This document shows positions 20,113 through 29,922 of a stretch of 64,000 nt of DNA, piece by piece (position 1 is the stretch's first letter; each line of letters starts with the position of its first letter). The notes below the pieces were generated by a model. It did not search any database. It was not told where the DNA came from and saw only the letters and a program-made list of their open reading frames with translations. The stretch is from an uncultured virus (IMG/VR IMGVR_UViG_3300008262_006132) (taxonomy: Duplodnaviria > Heunggongvirae > Uroviricota > Caudoviricetes), in the IMG/VR virus record IMGVR_UViG_3300008262_006132, positions 62,001-126,000 of that record. The stretch is one strand, 5' to 3'. The position numbers and the translations under genes were made by a program.

Positions 20113-22203
20113 ATGTTCGTTGATAAAAGTCGCACCTATATTGGTATAGTTGAAAATAATGAGGACCCAAAAAAACTTGGAAGATGCCGAGTTAGAGTCA
20201 TTGATATCTTTGATGATATTCCAGTCGATGACATACCTTGGGCATCACCATGGAAAGACCTAAATGGAAATGCCTTTAACCTACCAGAAAAAGGAAAAGT
20301 TGTAACTGTAATTTTTGACTCTGGTAACATCTATAAACCAGAATATATCTACGCGGATCACTTCAATGTAAATTTAGAAAAAAAACTATCAACACTTTCT
20401 GGCACTAACTATACTTCGATGAAGGCTTTGATATTCGATCACAAAACACAAATTTATGTAAATGATGAAGAGGGTCTCAAATTAGACCATAAATTTAATA
20501 TGTTGAATATTACTAAAGACTCAATAGATATAAATTTAAAAGATAACTTCGCTAAGGTAAATATTGGTTCGGCAATTTCTAATCAACAGGCAATTTTAGG
20601 AAATCATTTTTTAGATTGGTTTGATGAGTTTATTCAAAATTTACTTGGAGCAAATGGTGGTCCATTTCTAGGAAATCTAGGAGCTCCAGTAGTTGCTAAT
20701 CCTGAGTTTATCGATGTATGTCAAAAATATATTGCACTCAAAGTTCCAAAGTTTTTGTCTCATCACGTTAATATAGTAGATAATGAGTATGTGGAGAAAC
20801 TAGATAGAGTAAATGATCCAAAACTAGGTGACAACTATAAGTCGACCTCAAAAAATACAACTATGGGTCAAGCTGAGAAAGTGGATTATACTCCGGTTGA
20901 AGGTAATTCATCTGATACACCTGCTGATATTCAAACACCAAATAGTAGTGGTGATGGTGGTAGTGGTACATCAGATGCTGGTTCTAAAGATCCAGGACCT
21001 ATCGAGCCAACTGGTAATCTTGATGTAGACAGAATTATCGAAACTATGCAAAAACTTGGATATACAGTTTTTGAAAGACCATATGAGTGTAATATAGTAG
21101 GTATAAGAATGAGAACAGAAGGAATGAAATATTCTAACGCACATGAAGATCAATTATGGCTTTTCTATAAAGACGAGTCTTATAAATGGCAGGTATATTG
21201 GTATAAGATCAGTACTATGCCTGGTTACTTCAAAGCCAAAGAAGCGTTAGTTTGGAGTGATAAAAAACTGGTGAAGAAATTGAAAACACCTAATTATGCA
21301 CTTAAAAAAGGTGAATCTTGGACGGGTAATACCCCAAACGGAGAATCTATAGATTGTAAAGCTACCTCGATATATCAAGGAAGAGGAGGTATGGGAATAT
21401 TACGGGAAGCTCAATATTTGAATGTGTACTCTATTGGTGTGCACTCAGGAGCAACAGCCATGGTGACTAAAGGTCGAAAACAAAAAGCTTATAGAGATAA
21501 AGAGACAGGAGACACAATAAAATACACAAAAGACTGGGATTCGAATAAAGCATATGACGCAGGTATGTACATTCACAAAGGCTACCCAGGTGGTGTAAGT
21601 AATTGGTCTGAAGGTTGTCAGGTTTTCGCCGATGGAAAATCTTTAAATGATTTTTTTGATAAGTGTAGACAACATGAGAAAAGGTATGGTAATAATTTCA
21701 CCTATACGCTCATAAACAAAAAAGATCTTGTATCTGAGGCAGTCGGTAATTCAGGTGGTAGTCGTCCATTTTCCGGAGCTCCATCGCAAGGTGGAGGATC
21801 GTCACAAGCAACTAATCAAGTAGCTAGTCCGGAATCTCAGGCATCTTACAATGAGTATCGTAAGATAGTTGAAGAAATAAAAATAATTTACAAACTAGCT
21901 GATAAGACTTATACTGATAATGGTAATCCTCTGTTTGAAGACTTAAAAGGCACGTTTGGTGATGATACCACAAAGGCTAATGAGAGAATTCGTGAGTTAC
22001 TTGGATTAAAAAGTTCAGGATCATTCTGGTATAACAAGCTACCTTTAAATAAACTCATAGCTGATCACGTAGCTCTTTTCCAAAATCAATTATCTCTGCT
22101 CGCAACATCAACTACTAACAAAAATAACTCATTTGATTTTAATTTACCCGCTGTTCAAGTCGGAGGTCAGTCATTGAAGATTAATATTAATACAGACTTT
22201 TAA
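20113..22203 (+). CDS. gp5/VgrG-like baseplate hub with OB-fold and internal putative peptidoglycan-active domain
   Basis: YIGIVENNEDPKKLGRCRVRV...IPWASP...LPEKGKVVTVIF OB-fold; internal IHKG...WSEGCQV; start moved to ATG 20113 behind AATATATA. Confidence 0.75.
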   Translation: MFVDKSRTYIGIVENNEDPKKLGRCRVRVIDIFDDIPVDDIPWASPWKDLNGNAFNLPEKGKVVTVIFDSGNIYKPEYIYADHFNVNLEKKLSTLSGTNYTSMKALIFDHKTQIYVNDEEGLKLDHKFNMLNITKDSIDINLKDNFAKVNIGSAISNQQAILGNHFLDWFDEFIQNLLGANGGPFLGNLGAPVVANPEFIDVCQKYIALKVPKFLSHHVNIVDNEYVEKLDRVNDPKLGDNYKSTSKNTTMGQAEKVDYTPVEGNSSDTPADIQTPNSSGDGGSGTSDAGSKDPGPIEPTGNLDVDRIIETMQKLGYTVFERPYECNIVGIRMRTEGMKYSNAHEDQLWLFYKDESYKWQVYWYKISTMPGYFKAKEALVWSDKKLVKKLKTPNYALKKGESWTGNTPNGESIDCKATSIYQGRGGMGILREAQYLNVYSIGVHSGATAMVTKGRKQKAYRDKETGDTIKYTKDWDSNKAYDAGMYIHKGYPGGVSNWSEGCQVFADGKSLNDFFDKCRQHEKRYGNNFTYTLINKKDLVSEAVGNSGGSRPFSGAPSQGGGSSQATNQVASPESQASYNEYRKIVEEIKIIYKLADKTYTDNGNPLFEDLKGTFGDDTTKANERIRELLGLKSSGSFWYNKLPLNKLIADHVALFQNQLSLLATSTTNKNNSFDFNLPAVQVGGQSLKININTDF

Positions 22204-23783
22204 AGATTTATTTTAGTTATAGTATAGGGATATTTTCTCTTGACATAAAACTTTTCTCTTTCTTTGAAATGTCTATAAAGAATATTCTTCGGATCTTCTA
22301 AAGTGAAAACATCTACCAAGTCAAAGATCAATGCAGTCTTTTTATCCTCGTGAAGTCTTAGTGCCCTTCCGATGGATTGTATTATAATTTGTTCTGATTT
22401 AAATGAGTCCGCAAATACAACATTAAATATTGCATTAATAGACACACCTGTTGAGAGTGTACCATAGGATGCCACTAATACCTTAGTATTTGACGAGGTT
22501 TCCTCCATGAATTTTTTAATCTCTTCTCTTTCCCTATTTCTGACTTCACCATCTATGTAATAAAAGTCTTTATCAACTGTTTCATTTTTCAACTTATTGA
22601 ATATTTTTTGACCATATTCTATACTGTGAAAAAGAATTAATGTGTTTTTATCACACTTATCTATAACTTTTTTAATAAAATTTAATCTTCTATCAGAGTC
22701 ATGTATAAAACTTTTCTCTAATTCCAAAGCTTCCTTACCCATTCCACCTCTTTTAATTATCTCTAGCCTTTCTCCATAATCTAAATCTTGATGATTCATC
22801 ATAACTACTTTTATATTCATAGGAGTTATGATTCCTTTTTCCTTTAACTCATTTGCAGTCACCTCTGTTATTTTAGGACCAAGGACAGATTGTATAGTAA
22901 GTATCTCACAAGATTCATCCGGTGGGAAAGTACCAGATACTCCAAATCTTGAATAGGCATGTCCAAATGTTTTACCAAGTATTCCAGTTATAGTTTTAGC
23001 TTTTGCTCCGTGTGCTTCATCACAAGCTACAGTATGAAATTGTTGAAAAAAATCTTTTGGCCACTTTTCTAAAGATTGATATGTACCAATATATATGTTT
23101 GCGTTTTCAGTTCCAGAATACTTTCTTGGTCTATCAGACATTACTTCTTCGATTCTAACATCACAACCTTTTTCATTTACCTCTTTATTTAAAAGTCTAT
23201 TAACACCAGTATTATATTCAATTATATTATCATAGAATTGAGTAACAAGTGTTATAGATGGTACAATTAAAAGAAATTTAGCATCTTCTTTTAAATTCTT
23301 TAAAGTGTAAAATATAACTATAGATATGATCAATGATTTACCGCCAGAAGTTGCAACTTCGGCCATACAATACCTGTTTTTAAGTATTTTATAAGCTGAT
23401 TCTATCTGGTGGTCATAGGGTATAAACTGAACCCATTCACCTTGTTTGTTTCTCACTTTATGATCTTTGAAAAACTCTTTACAAAATTCTTGTACTTTTT
23501 CTAAAGTAACATCTCTATTAACTGGAAAATCCTCTTTATTTTCAATTACAAACGGAACATCTATTTCTTTGCAACCTTTATAGCATTCTTTCCATAATCC
23601 GAGTGCTATTCTACCGTTTTTGAAATAAGAATTTTGACCATTCCACACTCCCATTTTGAAAGCGGGCATAAAGCGATAACCTTTGACATGTCTTGTTAAC
23701 CAAATATTTATTTGGTGATATTCAATTCTTGTAGCAGCGGATATTACTAGTTCTTCAGACTCTTTTTCATACCGAAACTTCAT
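22200..23783 (-). CDS. uvsW: UvsW-like SF2 DNA helicase
   Basis: ATSGGKS, DEAH, SGT, STGVSI, QSIGRALR motifs. Confidence 0.85.
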   Translation of the reverse strand: MKFRYEKESEELVISAATRIEYHQINIWLTRHVKGYRFMPAFKMGVWNGQNSYFKNGRIALGLWKECYKGCKEIDVPFVIENKEDFPVNRDVTLEKVQEFCKEFFKDHKVRNKQGEWVQFIPYDHQIESAYKILKNRYCMAEVATSGGKSLIISIVIFYTLKNLKEDAKFLLIVPSITLVTQFYDNIIEYNTGVNRLLNKEVNEKGCDVRIEEVMSDRPRKYSGTENANIYIGTYQSLEKWPKDFFQQFHTVACDEAHGAKAKTITGILGKTFGHAYSRFGVSGTFPPDESCEILTIQSVLGPKITEVTANELKEKGIITPMNIKVVMMNHQDLDYGERLEIIKRGGMGKEALELEKSFIHDSDRRLNFIKKVIDKCDKNTLILFHSIEYGQKIFNKLKNETVDKDFYYIDGEVRNREREEIKKFMEETSSNTKVLVASYGTLSTGVSINAIFNVVFADSFKSEQIIIQSIGRALRLHEDKKTALIFDLVDVFTLEDPKNILYRHFKEREKFYVKRKYPYTITKINL

Positions 23784-23877
23784 ACTTAGTATATATCTAT
23801 AATTCGTTTAAGTTTTTTTGAGGTTTTTTACAGAGGAGGGAAAAAAAAACTTATATATACAAAAAAAAGTAAATTTT

Positions 23878-24189
23878 ATGAGTTTTTTTAAATTTTTAAG
23901 AAATCTTTTTGGTAGTTCAACTGAAACAACTGTAGAATCAACTCCTACTAAAGTAGAAGAGCCAGTTGTAGAAAAAGTTGTTGTTACAAAAGCGGAACCA
24001 GTTCCTACGAAAGTGGTTGAGCCGGTGGCTAAAAAGACTGAAGAGTCAGCGAAAACAGCTAAAGAAATAAAAGCTAAGGTTAAAAGACCAGCTAATAATC
24101 AAAGGCCAAATAATCCTGGTAACACTTCGTCTAAACCACGACCGAAAAGAAAAAGACCAGCTCCTAAGAAACCAACACAAGGAGAATAA
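23878..24189 (+). CDS. Small Pro/Lys-rich hypothetical protein
   Basis: ATG 23878 after TATATA; followed by a terminator. Confidence 0.6.
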   Translation: MSFFKFLRNLFGSSTETTVESTPTKVEEPVVEKVVVTKAEPVPTKVVEPVAKKTEESAKTAKEIKAKVKRPANNQRPNNPGNTSSKPRPKRKRPAPKKPTQGE

Positions 24190-24193
24190 AATT

Positions 24194-24222
24194 AAAAACC
24201 TCTGAATTCTCAGAGGTTTTTT
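24194..24222. terminator. Bidirectional intrinsic terminator
   Basis: aaaaacctctga-attc-tcagaggttttt between convergent genes. Confidence 0.8.
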
Positions 24223-24245
24223 TATTTTAAATAAGTACACCTTTT

Positions 24246-24911
24246 CTAAGGTCTCTTAATCAGAATGTCATCAATCATTCCATATTTTTTAGCCTCAATT
24301 GCACTCAACCAGTAATCTCGATCACCATCTTTTTCAACTTTAGAATAAGTTTGACCAGATTTTTCTGAAATTATTTCATACAATTCCTTTTTCAGAAGAT
24401 TGATTTCCTTAGCGTCAATTTCAATGTCAGATGCTTGTGAGTATCCACCAAATCCCATCATCGGTTGGTGTATCATTGTTCTGCTCCGTTTAAGTGCTTT
24501 TCTCTTACCTTTGTTTCCACAACAAAGTATAATAGCTGCCATAGAAGCTGCCAAACCGGTATTTATTGTAACTATTTCTGGCTTGATATACTCCATTATA
24601 TCAAGTAGTCCTAATCCATCGTAAACTGAACCACCAGGTGAGTTTATATAAATTGTGATATCTTCTTTTGAATCTAGACTTTCTAAATAGAGCAGATTCG
24701 CCTTTATTAATTCACAAATATTAGTTTCAATATCTCCACTTAATATTATTATTCTATCTCTAAGTAGTCTATTGAAAACGTCATTTGGGAACATAGGACC
24801 AACTTCGTCGAAAAATTGATTTGCTCGATTTGCCTGATAATGGCTGATAAACTGTTCAGACACCTTTTTACTTTTGAGATATTTCTGAAAATCTTGAGAT
24901 AAATTATTCAT
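24246..24911 (-). CDS. clpP: ClpP protease proteolytic subunit
   Basis: INSPGGSVYDG, AASMAA (Ser), MIHQP (His), DRDYWL (Asp). Confidence 0.93.
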   Translation of the reverse strand: MNNLSQDFQKYLKSKKVSEQFISHYQANRANQFFDEVGPMFPNDVFNRLLRDRIIILSGDIETNICELIKANLLYLESLDSKEDITIYINSPGGSVYDGLGLLDIMEYIKPEIVTINTGLAASMAAIILCCGNKGKRKALKRSRTMIHQPMMGFGGYSQASDIEIDAKEINLLKKELYEIISEKSGQTYSKVEKDGDRDYWLSAIEAKKYGMIDDILIKRP

Positions 24912-25005
24912 AGTAGTTTATTGACTTTGTAATTTTATATCTTTTGTAGAGTAAGATGTTTATAAGTAAGTAAAATAAGCTTTAGATTTTAATATATAAA
25001 AAAAA

Positions 25006-25353
25006 ATGTTCAATAAAATGAAAACTACAATTGAAATAAATGGTCATGAAATTGTGATCGAAGAAAATGATGGCCTTATTACGGTAAGTGCTCTTAAAGA
25101 AGGTGAAGTCATCGAAGAATTTGAATTGACTTCTGAGCCAAAAGGCGAAATGGAAGAAGGCCAAGAAGAAGATACTATGAAAGATTTCGAAGATTTCGAA
25201 GAAGAGGAAGAAGAAAAGGAAGAGTTAGGTGAAATGGGAGAAGAAGAGGAAGAGGATTCTGAAGAGGAAGAAGAGGAAAAAGAAGAGGAAGAGGAAGAAC
25301 AAAATGAAAGTAAGCTTGAGTCTTTCCAGTCTTTTTTGAAAAAAAGAAAATAA
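25006..25353 (+). CDS. Highly acidic small protein (possible prohead core/internal protein)
   Basis: Poly-Glu tract; ends KLESFQSFLKKRK. Confidence 0.6.
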   Translation: MFNKMKTTIEINGHEIVIEENDGLITVSALKEGEVIEEFELTSEPKGEMEEGQEEDTMKDFEDFEEEEEEKEELGEMGEEEEEDSEEEEEEKEEEEEEQNESKLESFQSFLKKRK

Positions 25354-25356
25354 TAA

Positions 25357-26481
25357 ATGATAAAAAGATTTGAATCTTTCATCGAAGAATCTAAAGATAA
25401 AAACTATCTTTTATATTATGCCTTCGACTGGGATGATAATATTTTAAATATGCCAACTGTTATTCATCTTGAAAAAAGAGATGGTGACAACTGGACGCCT
25501 GTGGATGTATCAACTGCTGAATTTGCTGAAGTTAGAGGAGACAAGGAAAATTATAGATTACTAAATAATAACCCGGATGATGCTTTTTCTAATTTTAGAG
25601 ATACTGGACCAAAAGGAGGTACTATCTTTTTAGAAGATGTTGAAAAAGCAGTTGATAGTCAAAGATTCGGTCCAGCATGGGAAGATTTCATTGAGTGTTT
25701 ATCTAATGGTGCTCTTTTTTCAATAATTACAGCAAGAGGACATGAAGGCAAGACACTTAGAAGCGGTGTTGAATGGATACTAGATAGTATGCTATCTGAA
25801 TCTCAACTTTTCAGTCTTTATAATAATCTTATTAGATTTCACTATTTATTTGACGAGTTAGGAGAGGATTTCCCAAGACTATTAAAGGGCAAACCATCAG
25901 AAAATAGTTTGATTAAGTCTTATTTAGATGCTTGTCATTTTGTCGGTGTTTCTGCTCCTTCAAGAGGTGGAACACCTGATAATCCAGAAAAAGCAAAAGA
26001 GGATGCTCTTTTAGAGTTTATCGATCAGATTGATTCAGATATTGATAAGTTGGAAATGTTAACTGGTGAAGAATGGGTAGCATCAGTTGGTTTTTCTGAT
26101 GATGATATTAAAAATGTCAAACACGTTGAAGAGCTTTTTGACAATTTGCACAATGAAAGATTTCAAAATATTTACAAAGTCGTTGTTAAAGGAACAAAAG
26201 ATCCTCTTAACATAACTAAAAAAGTTAAATTTTTCGAAACTGATACTGCTAAAAATGAAGCAACTCATTCAACTCAAGCCCCTGGTATGGCAAGCTCAGT
26301 AATGTCTTTTACTCAATATAACAATATGGCTTCAAGACTTTTTCCAAGTAACGTAAAAGATAACGATCCTGTTGCAAACACTCACAGATTGGCAACAGAT
26401 TATTTAAGTAAACAATCCAAAGAGTGGACAAAGGATTTAAATGTCACACAGAGGAAAAAAAATAAAAAAAAAGAAAAATGA
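25357..26481 (+). CDS. HAD-superfamily hydrolase-like protein
   Basis: FDWDDNI (DxD), ITARGH, FSDDD motifs. Confidence 0.65.
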   Translation: MIKRFESFIEESKDKNYLLYYAFDWDDNILNMPTVIHLEKRDGDNWTPVDVSTAEFAEVRGDKENYRLLNNNPDDAFSNFRDTGPKGGTIFLEDVEKAVDSQRFGPAWEDFIECLSNGALFSIITARGHEGKTLRSGVEWILDSMLSESQLFSLYNNLIRFHYLFDELGEDFPRLLKGKPSENSLIKSYLDACHFVGVSAPSRGGTPDNPEKAKEDALLEFIDQIDSDIDKLEMLTGEEWVASVGFSDDDIKNVKHVEELFDNLHNERFQNIYKVVVKGTKDPLNITKKVKFFETDTAKNEATHSTQAPGMASSVMSFTQYNNMASRLFPSNVKDNDPVANTHRLATDYLSKQSKEWTKDLNVTQRKKNKKKEK

Positions 26482-27173
26482 AATTCTTAAAAACTTTTGA
26501 AACACATGAGAGTGGTATGTCAAGAGAAGAGATGTGTGACATGCTTTGTAAATGTGGTTATGCACAAGAAGAACTTGATGGATGTTCTAATTATGAACTA
26601 CAAATGATGTGTAAGAATGCACAAGAGGCAGAGAACACGTCTAATGAGACTAATGAATCCAAAGGTGAAAAATGGATTCAAGATGCGATTAAAAGACCTG
26701 GTGCGCTTCGTAAGAAGATGAAAAAAGAAGAAGGTGAGAAAATTACAAAGTCTGAAATTGAGGACGAACTTTCTCAATTGAAAAAGAAGGACGAAGATCC
26801 TAGTAAGCCAGGAGTTCAAGGACTTAGCAAAAAAGACTTGACAAAATTCAGACAACTAAATTTGGCTAAGACACTTAAAGGATTAAAAGAGCATCAAGAG
26901 CAAGAGAACTACATGTTTTTTGCCAATGTAGAAAACATTTGTAAGTTCTGTCAAGAAATTTTAGCAATGGATAAACATGAAGTAGATAAAATTTTATCTG
27001 ATGGGCACGGATGGGCCACAGACCATATTGCAACATCTAAAGATGATGTTGAAGAAGTGGTAAACTTTCTAAGAACACATAAAATTGAAAAATCTGAAGA
27101 TTCAGAAATTCATTCAGCAGATGGTAAACTAGTGAAAAAATTCACAGACTTTCCCGGTTCACACAACCTTTAA
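26478..27173 (+). CDS. Hypothetical protein
   Basis: 231-aa ORF; MKFLKTFE tag; KWIQDAIKRPGALRK segment. Confidence 0.7.
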   Translation: MKFLKTFETHESGMSREEMCDMLCKCGYAQEELDGCSNYELQMMCKNAQEAENTSNETNESKGEKWIQDAIKRPGALRKKMKKEEGEKITKSEIEDELSQLKKKDEDPSKPGVQGLSKKDLTKFRQLNLAKTLKGLKEHQEQENYMFFANVENICKFCQEILAMDKHEVDKILSDGHGWATDHIATSKDDVEEVVNFLRTHKIEKSEDSEIHSADGKLVKKFTDFPGSHNL

Positions 27174-27179
27174 AAATAA

Positions 27180-27206
27180 AAAAACCCACTCAAATGAGTG
27201 GGTTTT
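27180..27206. terminator. Bidirectional intrinsic terminator
   Basis: aaaacccactca-aa-tgagtgggtttt between convergent genes. Confidence 0.8.
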
Positions 27207-27210
27207 CAGT

Positions 27211-27975
27211 TTATACATTTTTGAATGTATTGATATCTAAACAAACAAATTCACATTCATTGTGATAGAATCTATAATTTCTATGAAAGTGGCCATAATA
27301 GAAACCTTTTAATTTGTTATTATTCATAATTTCGGTTATCAATTTAGTCATATTTCCTCTTTCATTTCTTAAATCATCTAAAAGTAAATCATCATTCATA
27401 GCATATTTATAAACAAGATTATTAAATGTCAATGGTTCAACAAAATCTGGACTTGTGTGACAAATCATTCTATCGATATCTCTCAAACCTTTAACAAGTT
27501 CAAAATCAAATTTAACAATTTCATCTTCCCAGTATTTACCACCATACATTTTATTGTAGTTACGATCAATACTCACAGCGCCACCAATAAAAAGTATATT
27601 CTCAAAATCAATATTTAAAACTGTGTAGTCAGGAATAAAGAAAATATTAGTTAATTGTTCTTTATACTTGTCATATTTATCACTTTGAAACCATTCTGGA
27701 TCATCGTGATTCCCCCTGATTATATAAAGATCACTTTCACGACTCTCAAGCTCACTATTAAGTATTAAGAGTTTTTTTAGTTCAATTTCAGGGTCGTTAT
27801 ATCCAATACCAAAATCTCCTACTTGAATATAAGATACTTGGTTTCTCTCTTTAAAGTCAAAATCATTAACTTTCTGAAGATGCCTCAAAATAACACTCCA
27901 ATCACCGTGAACATCTCCCAGTAGATACTTTTCTTTATATGTTACATAATTTTTCACTAATCTAAATATAATCAA
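27211..27975 (-). CDS. Calcineurin-like metallophosphoesterase
   Basis: GDVHG, GDFG, GNHD, HT, GHFH motifs. Confidence 0.85.
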   Translation of the reverse strand: MIIFRLVKNYVTYKEKYLLGDVHGDWSVILRHLQKVNDFDFKERNQVSYIQVGDFGIGYNDPEIELKKLLILNSELESRESDLYIIRGNHDDPEWFQSDKYDKYKEQLTNIFFIPDYTVLNIDFENILFIGGAVSIDRNYNKMYGGKYWEDEIVKFDFELVKGLRDIDRMICHTSPDFVEPLTFNNLVYKYAMNDDLLLDDLRNERGNMTKLITEIMNNNKLKGFYYGHFHRNYRFYHNECEFVCLDINTFKNV

Positions 27976-27996
27976 TATTATTAATATATACTTCAG

Positions 27997-29877
27997 ATGA
28001 TACAGAGTTTTTTAGAATATATTTTTGAATCCAAAGATATGTCTTCAATTAAATTGTACTATTCAAAACAATTTAGAGATATTTTATTGGCAATTGAATC
28101 TACATCTAAAGACGGCGAAGTTAGAAGACTCGCCTCTTCAATAAGACATAGTGAAAACTCAACTTCTATTTCTTCAGATATTACCTTAATAGATTTAACT
28201 GATAAAAATGATATGGTATCGTTTATTCAATATAATCGAATTAAAAGAAAGTGGGATGATAAAAGTAAAGATTCCATGTTTAGTGATATCTGGAAAGACG
28301 ATATCGAAGATTGGATTCAAAATATATCACAGAGTGAAACAGACAGTCTTTGGAAAGAACAACGAGGTGAAGTAAAAATAGGAAAATTCACAAAGAAATT
28401 ACACAAAGACAACGGTTTAATTATATCTGACTCTATAGTCGAGAAGTTTGTTAATGATTTTAAAGCCACTTATGATTTTGATAAAAATCTGGATCAGAAA
28501 ATGGAATTAGTATCTGGAGAAGGTATAAAAAAATGGTATTTATCAGATAACTATGTCTCAAAAAGTGGCCAACTTGGAAACTCATGTATGAGATATGAAA
28601 AATGTCAAAAATATTTTGACATATATGTAAAAAACTCAGAGGTTTGTAGTTTATTAGTAATGTATTCAGATTCTACTAAAACTAAAATATCGGGAAGAGC
28701 TTTAGTTTGGAAAGATACCAATGGAGACATTGTTCTAGATAGAGTCTATACATCTAAAGACTCTGATGTTATGGTATTTTTAAAATATGCTGAATCAAAA
28801 GGATGGACTCAGGTCTCTTACAAAACTAGAACAATCCAACTAAAGAAAGATCTACTTTATGACTTCTATCCTTATATAGATAATTTCTATATTTTTAATC
28901 ATGAAAAATTCTACTTAACCAATAATGAAAGCAATTGGCCAAGTGAAGGATACTGGAAATTACAAAATACTGATGGAACATATACCTCAGATGAAGGTGT
29001 CTGGTCAGAATATCATCAAGAGTATATAGAGAGAGATAGTGCAATTTGGTGTGAAGGAGTGGGTGACTATGTGCACAGTGATGAGGCAATATATCTAGAA
29101 TATAGAGATATGTATGCTAGTCCTGTTGAAAGTACGGTATATTCAAATTGGTCTGATCAAACTTACTATTTAGATGACGCCGTTCACTCTGAGGTAATGA
29201 ACGACTACTTACTCACTGATGAGGTCAAAGTAATTTTTATAAATTACCATGGTGATGAAGACTATATTCCAAAAGATTTCCCAAAAGAAGCATTAGTTAC
29301 TGTTGAATATGAAGATGGTAGTAAAGTACAAACTTTAGATAGATTTGTAATTAAGGACCCACTTACAGGTAAACTTCACTTTAGAGATGAGCAAATTGAT
29401 GGTGTTAAAATTGATAGAGTCATATTGAATAATCTCAGTAATGTAGATGTTGATATAGATAAGATTAAAAGTTATTTAATCAATACAGACTTCGTAATAG
29501 ATGATAAAAAAATAATGTACATCAGATCTTTATATAATGTTTACGCAAAGTTTTCAATAATGAATAACGATATTACAAGAGCTGTAATTAAATATCTACT
29601 TTTTGCCTATCCAAATAAAGAAAATCAAAGAAATGGTCTTCCGAGACTTAGTGGTATAGGTAGTAAATCAGAACAATACTTGAGATTCAAAAATATGATT
29701 CTTAATTTTGACACTGAACTTCTTAAAATTTTGACTAATGATAAATCTGAAGTTTTAGAAGGCGGATCTTATGACTCAGTATTCGCGCTTACCAAGATAT
29801 CTTACTCATTTGTTTCTGAAGTATTTCAAGATCCGGAAATTTATAAAATGTGGTACAAGTGGAAAATGAGTAGTTAA
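27997..29877 (+). CDS. Hypothetical protein, paralog of 41938..43227
   Basis: Shared LGNSCM, GRALVW, DRxY, YPYxD motifs. Confidence 0.7.
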   Translation: MIQSFLEYIFESKDMSSIKLYYSKQFRDILLAIESTSKDGEVRRLASSIRHSENSTSISSDITLIDLTDKNDMVSFIQYNRIKRKWDDKSKDSMFSDIWKDDIEDWIQNISQSETDSLWKEQRGEVKIGKFTKKLHKDNGLIISDSIVEKFVNDFKATYDFDKNLDQKMELVSGEGIKKWYLSDNYVSKSGQLGNSCMRYEKCQKYFDIYVKNSEVCSLLVMYSDSTKTKISGRALVWKDTNGDIVLDRVYTSKDSDVMVFLKYAESKGWTQVSYKTRTIQLKKDLLYDFYPYIDNFYIFNHEKFYLTNNESNWPSEGYWKLQNTDGTYTSDEGVWSEYHQEYIERDSAIWCEGVGDYVHSDEAIYLEYRDMYASPVESTVYSNWSDQTYYLDDAVHSEVMNDYLLTDEVKVIFINYHGDEDYIPKDFPKEALVTVEYEDGSKVQTLDRFVIKDPLTGKLHFRDEQIDGVKIDRVILNNLSNVDVDIDKIKSYLINTDFVIDDKKIMYIRSLYNVYAKFSIMNNDITRAVIKYLLFAYPNKENQRNGLPRLSGIGSKSEQYLRFKNMILNFDTELLKILTNDKSEVLEGGSYDSVFALTKISYSFVSEVFQDPEIYKMWYKWKMSS

Positions 29878-29922
29878 ACTTTATCTAAAAACAAATACGA
29901 TAAAAGATATATCATGTTGTAG

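Noticed and set aside
25044..25382. Ser-rich antisense ORF and other short ORFs nested in long genes (e.g. 621..812, 11810..12151, 50114..50473, 52841..53449)
   Set aside because: These are shadow ORFs opposite or inside well-supported genes.
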